A stretch of 64,000 nucleotides of DNA from an uncultured Prevotellaceae bacterium (GTDB lineage Bacteria > Bacteroidota > Bacteroidia > Bacteroidales > Bacteroidaceae): assembly GCA_900318685.1 (NCBI GenBank), contig ONLL01000004.1, positions 30,694-94,693 of the forward strand. The letters are read 5' to 3'. This document shows, piece after piece, positions 20,575 to 30,635 of this stretch. A program made the translations under genes and the position numbers. Within the stretch, counting starts at the first letter, position 1. Every line of letters starts with the position of its first letter. The notes beneath the pieces were generated by a model that searched no databases, had not been told where the DNA came from, and saw nothing but the letters and a program-made list of their open reading frames with translations.

Positions 20575-21567
20575 CTACTGAGCTCCCTGCACAGTGATGT
20601 CGATGCTGAGCATGCCGTTGGCATCCGACTTTTCGGCCACGGTGCAGTTCGTAATCTGCGGGTTGGAGGGTTGGGGGTTGAAGGGCATCATGCCTCCGTA
20701 GACACCAATCTGCCTGCCGTCCGTACCTTTGTAGGTGGAAGCGGCAGTGGTCGTCAGCTCGAAGGTCTCGCTGTCGCTGTAGGTGCCGTCAGTGCAAGTC
20801 TTGAAGATGGCGCTGTAGTCTGACAGCACCTGGTTTGTACTATTGGTAGAGTTAAATAAGTTCCATTGCTCTGCGTTCAGTCCTACGCAGTTGAAAAATG
20901 TGTTAGTATTGTCGAATGTACTATTCGCACACCCCACAAAGATACAGTTCTTGAACGTAGCATTCGAGAGATAATAGCTGGCAGATCCTTTTTTAACAAC
21001 GCAATTGATAAACTCTCCTGGGGTAGTGGTGGGTTCCCAAATAATGCAGTTCAGGCAGGAGAAAGTGCTGGAACTCGTAAAAGACAATCCATCGGCCACC
21101 TTGCAATGAATCATCGTCAGGTTTTCAGCTTTACCTGCGCCGCTACAATTAATACTCTTGAAACGGCTTTTTAGGAATGTGGCACCTGTCAGTGTGGCCG
21201 AAATAGTGAGTGCATTATTGAAATAAACTCCTTCAATGGTGAGCCTGGTTGTTGTTCCATCCTTCATGGTAATATAGTTGGTGGAGTTGTTCGTCAAGAT
21301 GGTGGGCTCGCTTTGTGTGGTAGGGTCGACGGCCATGCCTGCGCCACGGATGGTGATGCCCTTGGTAATGGTCACTGCGTTAAACGAGCCGCTGGAGAGG
21401 GTGATGATGTCGCCGTCTTCGGCTGCTTCGTGGGCCTGGCTAAAAGCGGAAGGTCCGGAATAGGTGGTGATGTTGCCCTCATGAGTCAGTGTGGCAATCA
21501 GGCTTTGTGCATACGTTGCTGTAGTGGCCACTATGGCTGCTACGAGCGAAAGGATGATTTTCTTCAT
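20575..21567 (-). CDS. Secreted hypothetical protein, probable right-handed beta-helix
   Basis: Signal peptide; AEDGDIITLSSG, ITIRGAG, xxNCI repeats, GTDGRQIGVYGG. Confidence 0.7.
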   Translation of the reverse strand: MKKIILSLVAAIVATTATYAQSLIATLTHEGNITTYSGPSAFSQAHEAAEDGDIITLSSGSFNAVTITKGITIRGAGMAVDPTTQSEPTILTNNSTNYITMKDGTTTRLTIEGVYFNNALTISATLTGATFLKSRFKSINCSGAGKAENLTMIHCKVADGLSFTSSSTFSCLNCIIWEPTTTPGEFINCVVKKGSASYYLSNATFKNCIFVGCANSTFDNTNTFFNCVGLNAEQWNLFNSTNSTNQVLSDYSAIFKTCTDGTYSDSETFELTTTAASTYKGTDGRQIGVYGGMMPFNPQPSNPQITNCTVAEKSDANGMLSIDITVQGAQ

Positions 21568-21668
21568 GTCTTTATGTTTTTTGGTTATTGATTAATGTAA
21601 AAGCTAACGTATATCTGACTGCAAAGATATGACTTAATTAGCTAAATAGCAAGCTTTCCCTCCCTGTT

Positions 21669-21701
21669 TTTGACAAACTACCCCTTTTATTTGACGAACT
21701 G
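21669..21701 (-). promoter_or_regulatory. Direct repeat with 21-bp period upstream of a TATCTTTG promoter (LytTR-type site)
   Basis: Minus strand cagttcgtcaaa / tagtttgtcaaa, about 40 bp upstream of the -7 box at ~21622-21629. Confidence 0.4.
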
Positions 21702-21744
21702 GGCATCTTTTTCGCCCCCCTCACGCCAAATAAGCAATTACTCG

Positions 21745-22860
21745 TTACAAAGCTATCTCCGCAGAGCCGTAGCAGCGATGAGCCTGCTCATCGTAGACCA
21801 CACAGAACTGACCTGGGGCAACACCATGGATGGGTTTTGATGAGTGTACGATATAGGAGCCGGTTTCTGGCAGGGCTTCCAGTGTGGCCTTATGCCAATC
21901 GGGGGTGTGGCGAATCTTGAAAGTGACATACGTTGGAGGCAGCACACCGTTGAGACTATGGAAGTCGCGTATAGCAAAGTCCTGACTATAGGCAGTGGCA
22001 GGATCATAGCCGTGGGAGACGTAGATGATGTTTTGCTGGATATCTTTCTTCACCACAAACCAAGGCCCTCCACCCAGGCCTAAACCTTTGCGCTGACCAA
22101 TGGTGTGGAACCAATGCCCCTGATGAGTGCCTATGCGCTTGCCTGTCTCCAGTTCGACAACGTCGCCCTGTTGTTCCCCCAGATAGCGGCGCAGATATTC
22201 ATTGTAGTCAATCTTGCCCAGAAAACAGATACCCTGCGAGTCCTTGCGATGAGCACTGGCCAGATGCTCACGCTCAGCTATCTGGCGTACCTCGTCCTTT
22301 ATGTAGTGCCCGATGGGAAAAATGACCTTCGCCAACTGCCAGTCCTCAATCTGTGCCAGAAAGTCAGTCTGGTCCTTCACAGGGTCGGGAGCGGTGCACA
22401 ACCAGGTTATTTGACTATTGGACAATTGACTATTTGACGATTGCAGCTTTTCGATTTCCGTCTGAGCATAATGGCCGGTGGCAATGAGGTCGTAGTCCTT
22501 ACCACACTTCTCGTTGAAAGCTCCAAACTTCACCAAACGATTGCACATCACATCAGGATTGGGTGTCATTCCCGCGCGTACCTTATTAATAGTATAGTCT
22601 GCCACCCTGTCCCAGTATTCACGATGACAGTCCACCACCTCCAGGCGGCAACCATACTTCCTGGCCACTGCCGTAGCCATCTCCAGATCTTCCTCCATCG
22701 AGCAGTCCCACTCAGAGGCAGTATCCTCAGGACCTATCTTGATGTAGAAGCAGTCTGGATGCAGACCAAGCTTTGCCAGTTCATAGACCACTACCGAACT
22801 GTCAACGCCACCAGAAAGCAGCACAGCAATGCGTTTATCTTGCAATCCTTCATAGTTCAT
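21745..22860 (-). CDS. mnmA: tRNA 2-thiouridine(34) synthase MnmA
   Basis: [49 protein letters not shown]. Confidence 0.96.
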   Translation of the reverse strand: MNYEGLQDKRIAVLLSGGVDSSVVVYELAKLGLHPDCFYIKIGPEDTASEWDCSMEEDLEMATAVARKYGCRLEVVDCHREYWDRVADYTINKVRAGMTPNPDVMCNRLVKFGAFNEKCGKDYDLIATGHYAQTEIEKLQSSNSQLSNSQITWLCTAPDPVKDQTDFLAQIEDWQLAKVIFPIGHYIKDEVRQIAEREHLASAHRKDSQGICFLGKIDYNEYLRRYLGEQQGDVVELETGKRIGTHQGHWFHTIGQRKGLGLGGGPWFVVKKDIQQNIIYVSHGYDPATAYSQDFAIRDFHSLNGVLPPTYVTFKIRHTPDWHKATLEALPETGSYIVHSSKPIHGVAPGQFCVVYDEQAHRCYGSAEIAL

Positions 22861-22960
22861 GGGTGCAAAGGTACAAAAGATAAAAGGTAAGGGCCGCAGA
22901 CTAAAAGTTAATTGTTCTTAAAAAGAAACGGAAAATGATTGTCAATCGAAAAATAGTTCA

Positions 22961-22988
22961 TATCTTTGCAATATCATTTTGATATCAT
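22961..22988 (+). promoter_or_regulatory. -7 box (TATCTTTG) followed by palindromic operator ATATCA-ttt-TGATAT
   Basis: Palindrome 22971-22985 overlaps the predicted TSS of an operon that encodes an Arc/RHH regulator. Confidence 0.55.
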
Positions 22989-23017
22989 AATAAATCAACA
23001 TTAACAAACCAACGATT

Positions 23018-23980
23018 ATGGAAACGAAAGAAAGAGTATTTAGTGGAACCGTACTGAACGGATTTCTGTTCCTGTTCATCAACATCCTGCTGACGCTGAT
23101 TAGCATCGCAGGTATTGTTTGCAGCATTATCTCGCTGGCGAACGATAAGCCCGGCGGCTGGGGGCTGGCGTTCAGCATCCTCCTGCTCATCGTGTCGTTT
23201 ATCCTCTGGTCGGGCATGATGATGCTCGAGCCAAACGAGGCCCGCGTCACCACATGGTTTGGCAATTACAGCGGAACATTCAGCGACACAGGTTTCTTCT
23301 GGATCAACCCGTTCTACTCTACTAAGAAGGTGAGCCTGCGTGCACGCAACCTCGACGCTGAACCTATCAAAGTGAACGACAAGACGGGCAATCCTGTGAT
23401 GATCGGACTGGTGCTGGTATGGAAGCTGAAAGATACCTACAAAGCTCTGTTCGAGGTGGACACACAGACGATGGCCAATGCCCCCAGCGGACAGATTGGA
23501 GCCGACATGCGCTCCATTATGAATGCCCTAGAGCGCTTTGTCCGCGTTCAGAGCGATGCAGCCTTGCGCCAAGTGGCCGGCCAGTATGCCTACGACGACG
23601 AGGATAACAAACACGACGAATTGACGCTGAGAGGCGGTGGCGAAGAGATCAACGACCAACTGGAGGAGAAGCTGAACGAGCGCCTGGCCCTCGCAGGCAT
23701 CGAGGTTGTCGAGGCCCGCATCAACTACCTCGCCTATGCCCCAGAGATCGCGGCCGTGATGCTGCGTCGCCAACAGGCATCAGCCATTATCACTGCTCGC
23801 GAGAAGATCGTGGAGGGCGCCGTATCGATGGTGAAGATGGCCCTCGACAAGCTGTCGGCAGAGGAGGTCGTAGAACTCGACGACGACAAGAAGGCTGCTA
23901 TGGTGAGCAACCTCCTTGTGGTGCTCTGCGGCGACGACTCTGCCCAGCCCGTGGTGAATACTGGTACGCTAAATCATTAA
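23018..23980 (+). CDS. SPFH/band-7 domain membrane protein
   Basis: Two N-terminal TMs; IKVNDKTGNPV, LAYAPEIAAVMLRRQQA, KAAMVSNLLVVLC. Confidence 0.92.
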   Translation: METKERVFSGTVLNGFLFLFINILLTLISIAGIVCSIISLANDKPGGWGLAFSILLLIVSFILWSGMMMLEPNEARVTTWFGNYSGTFSDTGFFWINPFYSTKKVSLRARNLDAEPIKVNDKTGNPVMIGLVLVWKLKDTYKALFEVDTQTMANAPSGQIGADMRSIMNALERFVRVQSDAALRQVAGQYAYDDEDNKHDELTLRGGGEEINDQLEEKLNERLALAGIEVVEARINYLAYAPEIAAVMLRRQQASAIITAREKIVEGAVSMVKMALDKLSAEEVVELDDDKKAAMVSNLLVVLCGDDSAQPVVNTGTLNH

Positions 23981-24011
23981 GACGAAGAAACGTCTCAAAC
24001 CGTACAGTAGC

Positions 24012-24512
24012 ATGAAAGAGTCGTTTGAAGAAATCTGGGTCTACCGGTCAATATGGAAGACGACGTTGACCATACTGGGAGCAGTCGTGTTTACTTTCGG
24101 TGGCATCATCATGCTGATCAAGGGGAAAAGCATTGTTTTAGCGTGGCTCACCATCCTTTTCTTTGGGGGCAGCGCACTCGTCACTCTGTATTTGTTGCTT
24201 AAGCAGCTGATAACGCGCAGGCCCTACTTGATCATCGGCGATCAATCCGTCAGGGTGCTCGACGGCAAAGGATATGAAGTGCAGTTTGCCGACGTGGAAG
24301 ATTTCTTCACAGACAACGACAGCAACATTGGCATCCGCTACAAGCCCCATGTTGAAGACAGCAAGATGGAGGAGGCCAGTACCATTGGACGCATCCTGCG
24401 CAAGTTGAACAAGAAAGCGTCAGGAAGCCAAGAGTCGCTGGCGGCCAGTGGACTCACCATCAAGCCCAAGGTCCTCTGCGCCATCTTGAACGAACGGCTA
24501 CCATTACAATAA
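24012..24512 (+). CDS. Small membrane protein (STM3941-like)
   Basis: Two N-terminal TMs followed by a PYLII soluble domain. Confidence 0.6.
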   Translation: MKESFEEIWVYRSIWKTTLTILGAVVFTFGGIIMLIKGKSIVLAWLTILFFGGSALVTLYLLLKQLITRRPYLIIGDQSVRVLDGKGYEVQFADVEDFFTDNDSNIGIRYKPHVEDSKMEEASTIGRILRKLNKKASGSQESLAASGLTIKPKVLCAILNERLPLQ

Positions 24513-24524
24513 GTAGGAAAAGAT

Positions 24525-24704
24525 ATGTCAGAGAAGAAGACGAAGAGCTTTGTCCTGCGTGTCGACAGCGACACGATGGATGCAATAGAGGCCTGGGCTG
24601 CGGATGAGTTCCGCAGCACCAACGGCCAGCTGCAGTGGATCATCACAGAGGCACTGCGGAAGGCTCGCCGTCTGCCCAAAGGGAAGAAAGGAGGAGACCA
24701 ATGA
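24525..24704 (+). CDS. Arc/ribbon-helix-helix DNA-binding protein (59 aa; below the ORF-track cutoff)
   Basis: Manual translation MSEKKTKSFVLRVDSDTMDAIEAWAADEFRSTNGQLQWIITEALRKARRL; typical SPFH operon partner. Confidence 0.85.
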   Translation: MSEKKTKSFVLRVDSDTMDAIEAWAADEFRSTNGQLQWIITEALRKARRLPKGKKGGDQ

Positions 24705-25252
24705 GTCCAGAAAGTATCATCGTCTCGGGAATTATCGCCGCTGTTATTGGCAAGTTTTTCAAATCAAAAAAAGGTCCTGAGCACGTCAAAGTCGACGTCC
24801 ATCTGCCCTACACTAAGAAAGATTTGTTCTTCGACCTGTCCTTCAGCCTGTTGGCCATTCTCTCATGGGGTTTTGCTTTGTGGATTTTTCTCAAGGCAGG
24901 CTTCAGCTTTAAGCAGTTGCTCATTTGCTTATTACTCACGCTGGCAGGATTGGCAATGCTGTTGCTCCACCTCTTCCCCCGCGAGGCCAGCATACCCAAG
25001 GGCAAGGAGGACTTGGCAGTGGATATAAGGTGCGCAGAGGCTACGGCAAACCGATGGACATCGCTGTTATGCCTTCCACTCATGGCAGCCTATATGGTCA
25101 GTGAGAACACCTCCTTGTTCGGTATCGAGTGGGACTTCGAATATGTGTTTCTAGGCATCTTGATACTGATGCTTGTCGTAAATGTCAGCTTGGAAGCCAT
25201 CTTCTTAAAAAAGCACCGAATCGACATTGCTTTATCTGACCTTGATCTCTGA
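24701..25252 (+). CDS. Hypothetical membrane protein
   Basis: ATGA overlap with the Arc gene stop; several TM segments. Confidence 0.65.
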   Translation: MSPESIIVSGIIAAVIGKFFKSKKGPEHVKVDVHLPYTKKDLFFDLSFSLLAILSWGFALWIFLKAGFSFKQLLICLLLTLAGLAMLLLHLFPREASIPKGKEDLAVDIRCAEATANRWTSLLCLPLMAAYMVSENTSLFGIEWDFEYVFLGILILMLVVNVSLEAIFLKKHRIDIALSDLDL

Positions 25253-25296
25253 ACATATTGAGATAAAACAACATACTATAAACAAAAAAAACTGAT

Positions 25297-26184
25297 ATGG
25301 AAACAATCAAAAACGAGCATCTCACGGTCGAGGTATCGGAGATGGGAGCTGAGCTCCAGAGCATCAAAGACAGTGAAGGACGTGAATACCTGTGGCAGGG
25401 AGGTGAAAAATGGCCCCGCCGCTCCCCTATCCTATTCCCCATCGTCTGCAGCGTGAACGACGACACCTATACCGTTGACGGCAAGGAGTATCACCTGCCT
25501 CGTCACGGCTTTGCACGTGACACCAAGTTCAAACTCATTGCACAAGGCGAGCACAAGGTGACCTATGCCCTGCATGAGTCGGAAGAGACGCTGAAGGTCT
25601 ATCCCTACCGCTTCAACCTAGCCGTCAGCTATCGCCTCAGCGGTAACAAGATTCATGTCGTATGGCATGTGGAAAACACCGACTGCCGGGAGCTACACTT
25701 CCAGATAGGCGGGCATCCGGCCTTCCTTGCCCCCGGCTGTAAGGAGGACGAGGACCTGAAGGGCGTCATCCAGCTGCTGCCTTCAAACCTCAAATCTCAA
25801 AACTCAAAACTCAAATCACTCAAGAGCTATATCGACGGCTCGCACGAGATGACGGAGATTGAGCTCGACCAGGTCAAGGATGGCCTTATCCCATTCAACG
25901 ACGAGTTCTTTGCCAACGACAGCGTGAAGATACACGACTGCCAGACGCATGAGGCCTGCCTGCTCGACACTGACGGCTCACCCGCTGTGACAGTAGACTA
26001 CAAGTGCCCCATCATCGCCTTCTGGAGTCCCTATCAGAAGAAGGCTCCCTTCGTCTGCATAGAGCCGTGGTATGGCCTGGGCGACCCTCGAGGATGGAAA
26101 GGTGAGTTCAAGGACAAGCCCTACATGAACCACCTGCAGCCTGGGGCATCGTTTATGAGCGAATACACCATCACCATCAAATAG
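25297..26184 (+). CDS. Aldose 1-epimerase family (LacX-like) protein
   Basis: EYLWQG, SPILFPIV, RHGFARD, GGHPAF, FVCIEPWYG. Confidence 0.92.
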   Translation: METIKNEHLTVEVSEMGAELQSIKDSEGREYLWQGGEKWPRRSPILFPIVCSVNDDTYTVDGKEYHLPRHGFARDTKFKLIAQGEHKVTYALHESEETLKVYPYRFNLAVSYRLSGNKIHVVWHVENTDCRELHFQIGGHPAFLAPGCKEDEDLKGVIQLLPSNLKSQNSKLKSLKSYIDGSHEMTEIELDQVKDGLIPFNDEFFANDSVKIHDCQTHEACLLDTDGSPAVTVDYKCPIIAFWSPYQKKAPFVCIEPWYGLGDPRGWKGEFKDKPYMNHLQPGASFMSEYTITIK

Positions 26185-26224
26185 AATCATATCCCCCAAG
26201 GACGACATATATGGATGATGGAGC

Positions 26225-26542
26225 CTATACGATGTCTGGCTCCCAGAGATGAAGCTCCATATCCACATGTCCGTTGGGTTTGAAGGTCACGCCTTCCGCT
26301 TCCAATAATGGGCGCTGACGACTCCAGCCTGGAGCCGTGCGCCCTTCTTTGTTGACCACACGATGGCAGGGCAGCAACTCTGCCCCAGGGGTATAACGAA
26401 GCGTACGGCCGACCATTCGCGAATGGCTGGGCCATCCTGCCCATGCAGCAATGGTGCCATAGGTAGTGACTCGCCCACAGGGTATCTGCGCCACAATGTT
26501 CAGCACATCGTCGCGGAAGACACGTGCCTGTTCTGGGGTCAT
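26225..26542 (-). CDS. MGMT/Atl-family alkylated-DNA binding protein
   Basis: IPCGRVTTYGTIA, RMVG, PCHRVVN, LEAEGV; start likely MTPEQ at 26542. Confidence 0.88.
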   Translation of the reverse strand: MTPEQARVFRDDVLNIVAQIPCGRVTTYGTIAAWAGWPSHSRMVGRTLRYTPGAELLPCHRVVNKEGRTAPGWSRQRPLLEAEGVTFKPNGHVDMELHLWEPDIV

Positions 26543-26665
26543 CTTGTCTGGATAGTCTCTCACGGCTCTTTGATGAGTTAGCGCCACAAAGGTACAAAGA
26601 AAAACGCTGGCGCGCAAGGTTTTTCCGAAAAAAGTTTGTACCTTTGCAGCCACTAACATCTGAAC

Positions 26666-28027
26666 ATGGCAAAAGACCTGCTATCTTACATCCGCGAAGG
26701 GCGCACGATGACTCGCAGCGAGAAGCTGCAGCTCATCGTCCAGCTGTCTATTCCCAGCATCCTGGCACAGATCAGCGCCACCGTGATGTTCTTCATCGAT
26801 GCATCGATGGTGGGGCACCTGGGCGAGAAGGCCACTGCCGCCATCGGACTGGTTGAGACGACAACATGGCTGCTAGGCGGACTGGGGTCGGCTGCCAACA
26901 TGGGGTTCTCCGTGCAGGTGGCCCACTACATCGGAGCCAACGACTTCGAGGCTGCCAGGCGTGTGCTGCGCCAGTCGCTGGTGTGCAGCTTCCTATGGAG
27001 CCTGATGCTCAGCATTGGCTGCATCCTCGTTCATGGTGTGCTGCCCTACTGGTTGGGGGGCGGAGCCGACATTGCCGGCGATGCCTCAGCCTATTTCCTT
27101 ATCGTGGGTATGGCCGGCATTCTCTTCCAGATGAGCGGTCTTGCTGGGTCGATGTTGAAATGCTCTGGCAACATGAAGGTGCCGTCGGCGCTCAACATCA
27201 TGATGTGCGTGCTGGACGTGGCATTCAACTACCTCTTTATATATGTCCTGGACATGGGCGTAAGGGGAGCAGCAATGGGCACGGCAATGGCAGAGTTCAT
27301 CACTGCCGTGCTGATGCTATACTTCCTGCTGGTGCGCAGCGATATGCTAAGCCTGAGAAGAAGGCCAGGCTCCTTCCGTCCAAAGGCCGACACCGTGGGT
27401 ATGGCCTTCAAGATTGGTGCGCCGATGGGACTGCAGCACCTCTTGATGGGCAGCGCCCAGATCGTCGGTACCATCATCGTGGCACCACTGGGAACAGTAG
27501 CCATAGCAGCCAACTCGCTGGCTATCACCGTCGAGAGCCTGTGCTACATGCCTGGCTACGGCATCGCCGAGGCTGCCACGACGCTGGTTGGACAGGGCAT
27601 CGGAGCAGGGCAACGTCTGCTGACACGAAGCTTCGCCTATATGTCAGTGGGCCTGGGCATAGCGGTGATGACACTGATGGGCGTGCTGATGTTTATCTTC
27701 GCGCCAGAGCTGATGAGCTTGATGTCGCCTGTGGAGAATATCATCAGAGAGGGTGCCGACGCACTCCGCATCGAAGCCTTCGCCGAGCCGATGTTTGCAG
27801 CAGCCATCGTTTGTAATGGCGTATTCATAGGAGCTGGCGACACGCTGAAACCTGCGATGATGAGCCTCGCCTCGATGTGGGGTGTACGACTCACGCTGGC
27901 TTGGTGGCTCTCACAGACTCATGGTCTGCGTGGCGTATGGACGGCAATGGCTATCGAGCTCACATTCAGAGGGACAATCTTCCTCATCCGCCTGTGGAAA
28001 GGCAACTGGAACAAGAAACTCAAATAA
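26666..28027 (+). CDS. MATE family efflux transporter
   Basis: FIDASMVGHLG, ~12 TMs, GVRGAAMGT, TTLVGQGIGAG, GAGDT. Confidence 0.93.
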   Translation: MAKDLLSYIREGRTMTRSEKLQLIVQLSIPSILAQISATVMFFIDASMVGHLGEKATAAIGLVETTTWLLGGLGSAANMGFSVQVAHYIGANDFEAARRVLRQSLVCSFLWSLMLSIGCILVHGVLPYWLGGGADIAGDASAYFLIVGMAGILFQMSGLAGSMLKCSGNMKVPSALNIMMCVLDVAFNYLFIYVLDMGVRGAAMGTAMAEFITAVLMLYFLLVRSDMLSLRRRPGSFRPKADTVGMAFKIGAPMGLQHLLMGSAQIVGTIIVAPLGTVAIAANSLAITVESLCYMPGYGIAEAATTLVGQGIGAGQRLLTRSFAYMSVGLGIAVMTLMGVLMFIFAPELMSLMSPVENIIREGADALRIEAFAEPMFAAAIVCNGVFIGAGDTLKPAMMSLASMWGVRLTLAWWLSQTHGLRGVWTAMAIELTFRGTIFLIRLWKGNWNKKLK

Positions 28028-28037
28028 CTTCACGACT

Positions 28038-28724
28038 ATGATCAGACATATCATCATGGGAATCTTCACGCTGCTGGCACTGCCATCGACAGCACAAACT
28101 CAGCAAGTACTGCTGGAGACAACGGAAGGCAACATCCGCATCGCACTTTCTGACCTCACACCCATTCATCGCGACAATTTCGTTCGACTGGTCAACGAAC
28201 ATTTCTACGACTCCCTACTCTTCCATCGGGTCATCAAGGGATTTATGATACAAGGAGGCGACCCTGACAGCCGGCATGCCGAGCCTGGTGCCATGCTGGG
28301 CGAAGGCGACGTGGGATACACACTCGAACCTGAATTTCGCACACCCCAGCTCTATCATCGCAGAGGCGTGATAGCTATGGCACGCGAGGGCGACGATGTG
28401 AATCCTGGCCGCAAGAGCAGCGGATGCCAGTTCTACATCGTGTGGGGCAAGACCTTTGCCAGCAAGGATTTAGAGAATATGCAGGTGCGCCTCGACTCAA
28501 TGACCAATCATCAGGTCAAGATCACTCCTGAGATGTTCCAAACCTACAGACGCATTGGCGGCACCCCCCATCTTGACGGCCAGTACACCGTCTTTGGCGA
28601 GGTGGTGGAAGGCATGGACGTCGTCAACCGCATCCAGCAGGTTTTTACTGACGACTACGACCGTCCCGTCGACGACGTTCGCATCATCCGTGCCACTTGT
28701 TTCGAAGCTAAATCTTTACAATAA
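28038..28724 (+). CDS. Exported cyclophilin-type peptidyl-prolyl isomerase
   Basis: Signal peptide; FHRVIKGFMIQGGDP, SSGCQFYIV, HLDGQYTVFGEV. Confidence 0.93.
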   Translation: MIRHIIMGIFTLLALPSTAQTQQVLLETTEGNIRIALSDLTPIHRDNFVRLVNEHFYDSLLFHRVIKGFMIQGGDPDSRHAEPGAMLGEGDVGYTLEPEFRTPQLYHRRGVIAMAREGDDVNPGRKSSGCQFYIVWGKTFASKDLENMQVRLDSMTNHQVKITPEMFQTYRRIGGTPHLDGQYTVFGEVVEGMDVVNRIQQVFTDDYDRPVDDVRIIRATCFEAKSLQ

Positions 28725-28891
28725 CAAACGTTTTTCTCAACACCCAACATTGAATTTTAGTAATTGGCTCAACTTGCAACCATTAGACATTGATTATGAC
28801 GAACATACGAACAACAGCAGCTACGGATTTGAAAACCATAGCTGCTATTTATGATTCAATTTATGGATTTAGAGAAACTTGAAGCTCTGTA

Positions 28892-30544
28892 TTATTTCCC
28901 TATAATCAAATTCACTAACGCCATCACGTCGACAATAGTAACCTTTTCATCACTATTGACGTCAGCCGCATTGTAGATGTCCGCAGCATTTCCCAAGATG
29001 ACGTTGACAAGGGCTACTACATCGACGATTGTCACCTCTCCATCACCGTTGACATCGCCCAATATGGTTGCACGACAATTAAGAAGAATGGGATTATCAG
29101 CCGTACTTGCGGCAGTGCCATTAGCAAAGGTGACGTCGCGGCTGGCGGAAAGGACGGTGACTGAACGTTCGTTAATGAGGTCATAGACCTTGAAGGTTAC
29201 CTTGCTGGCTGTGGTCGTGTTACTATAGATGCGGAGATAGTCGCCAACAGCGACACCGACACACCGGTCGCCAATGAAAGCACCAATGGCATAGCCACTG
29301 AGGTCATCCACAAGCACATCGTCCAACTCCAGTCCTATGTAGGCGGTCATATCATATTGGAAATCGGCATAATAAAATTTCCAAGGTGCCTGATTGATGG
29401 AGAGAGAGCCTCCATTGTTGACGACCTGCGTGTCAGAGTGGAACTGATTGCTGAGAGAGCCGTACGCGTATATTTCAATATCGCCATTGCTGTGGATAAG
29501 ATCCTTGTCGGCACTGATAGCCCTAACCTTGGTCTCCTCGCCCGTAGCGTCATCAAAGAAGTTATTGGCATGGATGTAGAAGACACCATATGTGCCGTCA
29601 ATTGTGATGACGCCACCATCATAAACAGGACCTGTTGATTCTCCGACTACCTTGTTCTTACACTTGATGCCCTTCGAACCGTCGCCGGCGATGTTGACCT
29701 TAATCTCGCCTCCGAGAAGGTATGCTGCATAGTTGGCTCGGATAGCCTCGGCATCGCGCCCATTAACAGTGAGGTTGAGAGTTCCTCCCGTCATATTAAA
29801 GATGCTATCGCATTTCAGGCCCGTCCCCTCGTCGACGTTAACGGTAGCGTTGATAACACCTCCCTTGATGTTCATGCGTCCGTAGTCGTCGCTGTCAATG
29901 GCATCGCTACCCACGTTTTCGATATTGAGAATGCCTCCGCTCATTTGGAAATAGTTCTTCTCGAACTCACCAACGCGTCCTCTGCCACAGTGGATGCCGT
30001 CGCTAATAGCTCCTATGATGTTGATGGTACCAGTAGTCTTCTTGATCTGCAGGTATTCCTTGGCACAAATAGCATGCTTGCTGTTGCCCAATACGTTGAG
30101 CGTGCCCCCACCCTCAAACTCAGGATGTCCATTGAAATACATTGCTGCCTTCTGTGAGCCACCGATACCGTCGGCAATCGTATTAACTGTACCGTCATCG
30201 AGGATGACGGCGCAACGTTTACCACACTGGATGTTGATAGCTGCCCCCTTGGAGTTGATCAGCGTCAAGCCCGCCAGCTCCAGAGTCAGCTTGTAGGAGC
30301 CACTAAGGGTGAATGAGCCGGCATCAGACGATCCAGACAGCTTGTAGACGTATTCTTCAGTTGAGGTAAAGGCCGTCACGACTACATGGGCGCCGTTCGT
30401 GGTAACGCTGATGTCAGCCGTCTCAGGCTTGATGACGGTTGCGGTTGAGCCGCTGTAGATGATTTCGATAATGTCGCCTTCGGTGGCATAGGTCGCAATG
30501 AGGCAGACTATCGAAAGGAAGATAGTTGTTACAATTCTTTTCAT
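28892..30544 (-). CDS. Carbohydrate-binding beta-helix protein (Cthe_2159/DUF4353-like) with C-terminal dockerin-like domain
   Basis: YKLSGSSDAG, GAAINIQCGK, DAIDSDD, GDVNGDGEVTIVDV...ADVNSDEKVTIVDV. Confidence 0.78.
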   Translation of the reverse strand: MKRIVTTIFLSIVCLIATYATEGDIIEIIYSGSTATVIKPETADISVTTNGAHVVVTAFTSTEEYVYKLSGSSDAGSFTLSGSYKLTLELAGLTLINSKGAAINIQCGKRCAVILDDGTVNTIADGIGGSQKAAMYFNGHPEFEGGGTLNVLGNSKHAICAKEYLQIKKTTGTINIIGAISDGIHCGRGRVGEFEKNYFQMSGGILNIENVGSDAIDSDDYGRMNIKGGVINATVNVDEGTGLKCDSIFNMTGGTLNLTVNGRDAEAIRANYAAYLLGGEIKVNIAGDGSKGIKCKNKVVGESTGPVYDGGVITIDGTYGVFYIHANNFFDDATGEETKVRAISADKDLIHSNGDIEIYAYGSLSNQFHSDTQVVNNGGSLSINQAPWKFYYADFQYDMTAYIGLELDDVLVDDLSGYAIGAFIGDRCVGVAVGDYLRIYSNTTTASKVTFKVYDLINERSVTVLSASRDVTFANGTAASTADNPILLNCRATILGDVNGDGEVTIVDVVALVNVILGNAADIYNAADVNSDEKVTIVDVMALVNLIIGK

Positions 30545-30635
30545 AACGCTGGATTATTCGTGAGGGTGTTTCTTTTTTTTTGTTACTAATTCGGTGAGAA
30601 TATCGTGATAGATTATACAACCAGCACTCTTGGAT

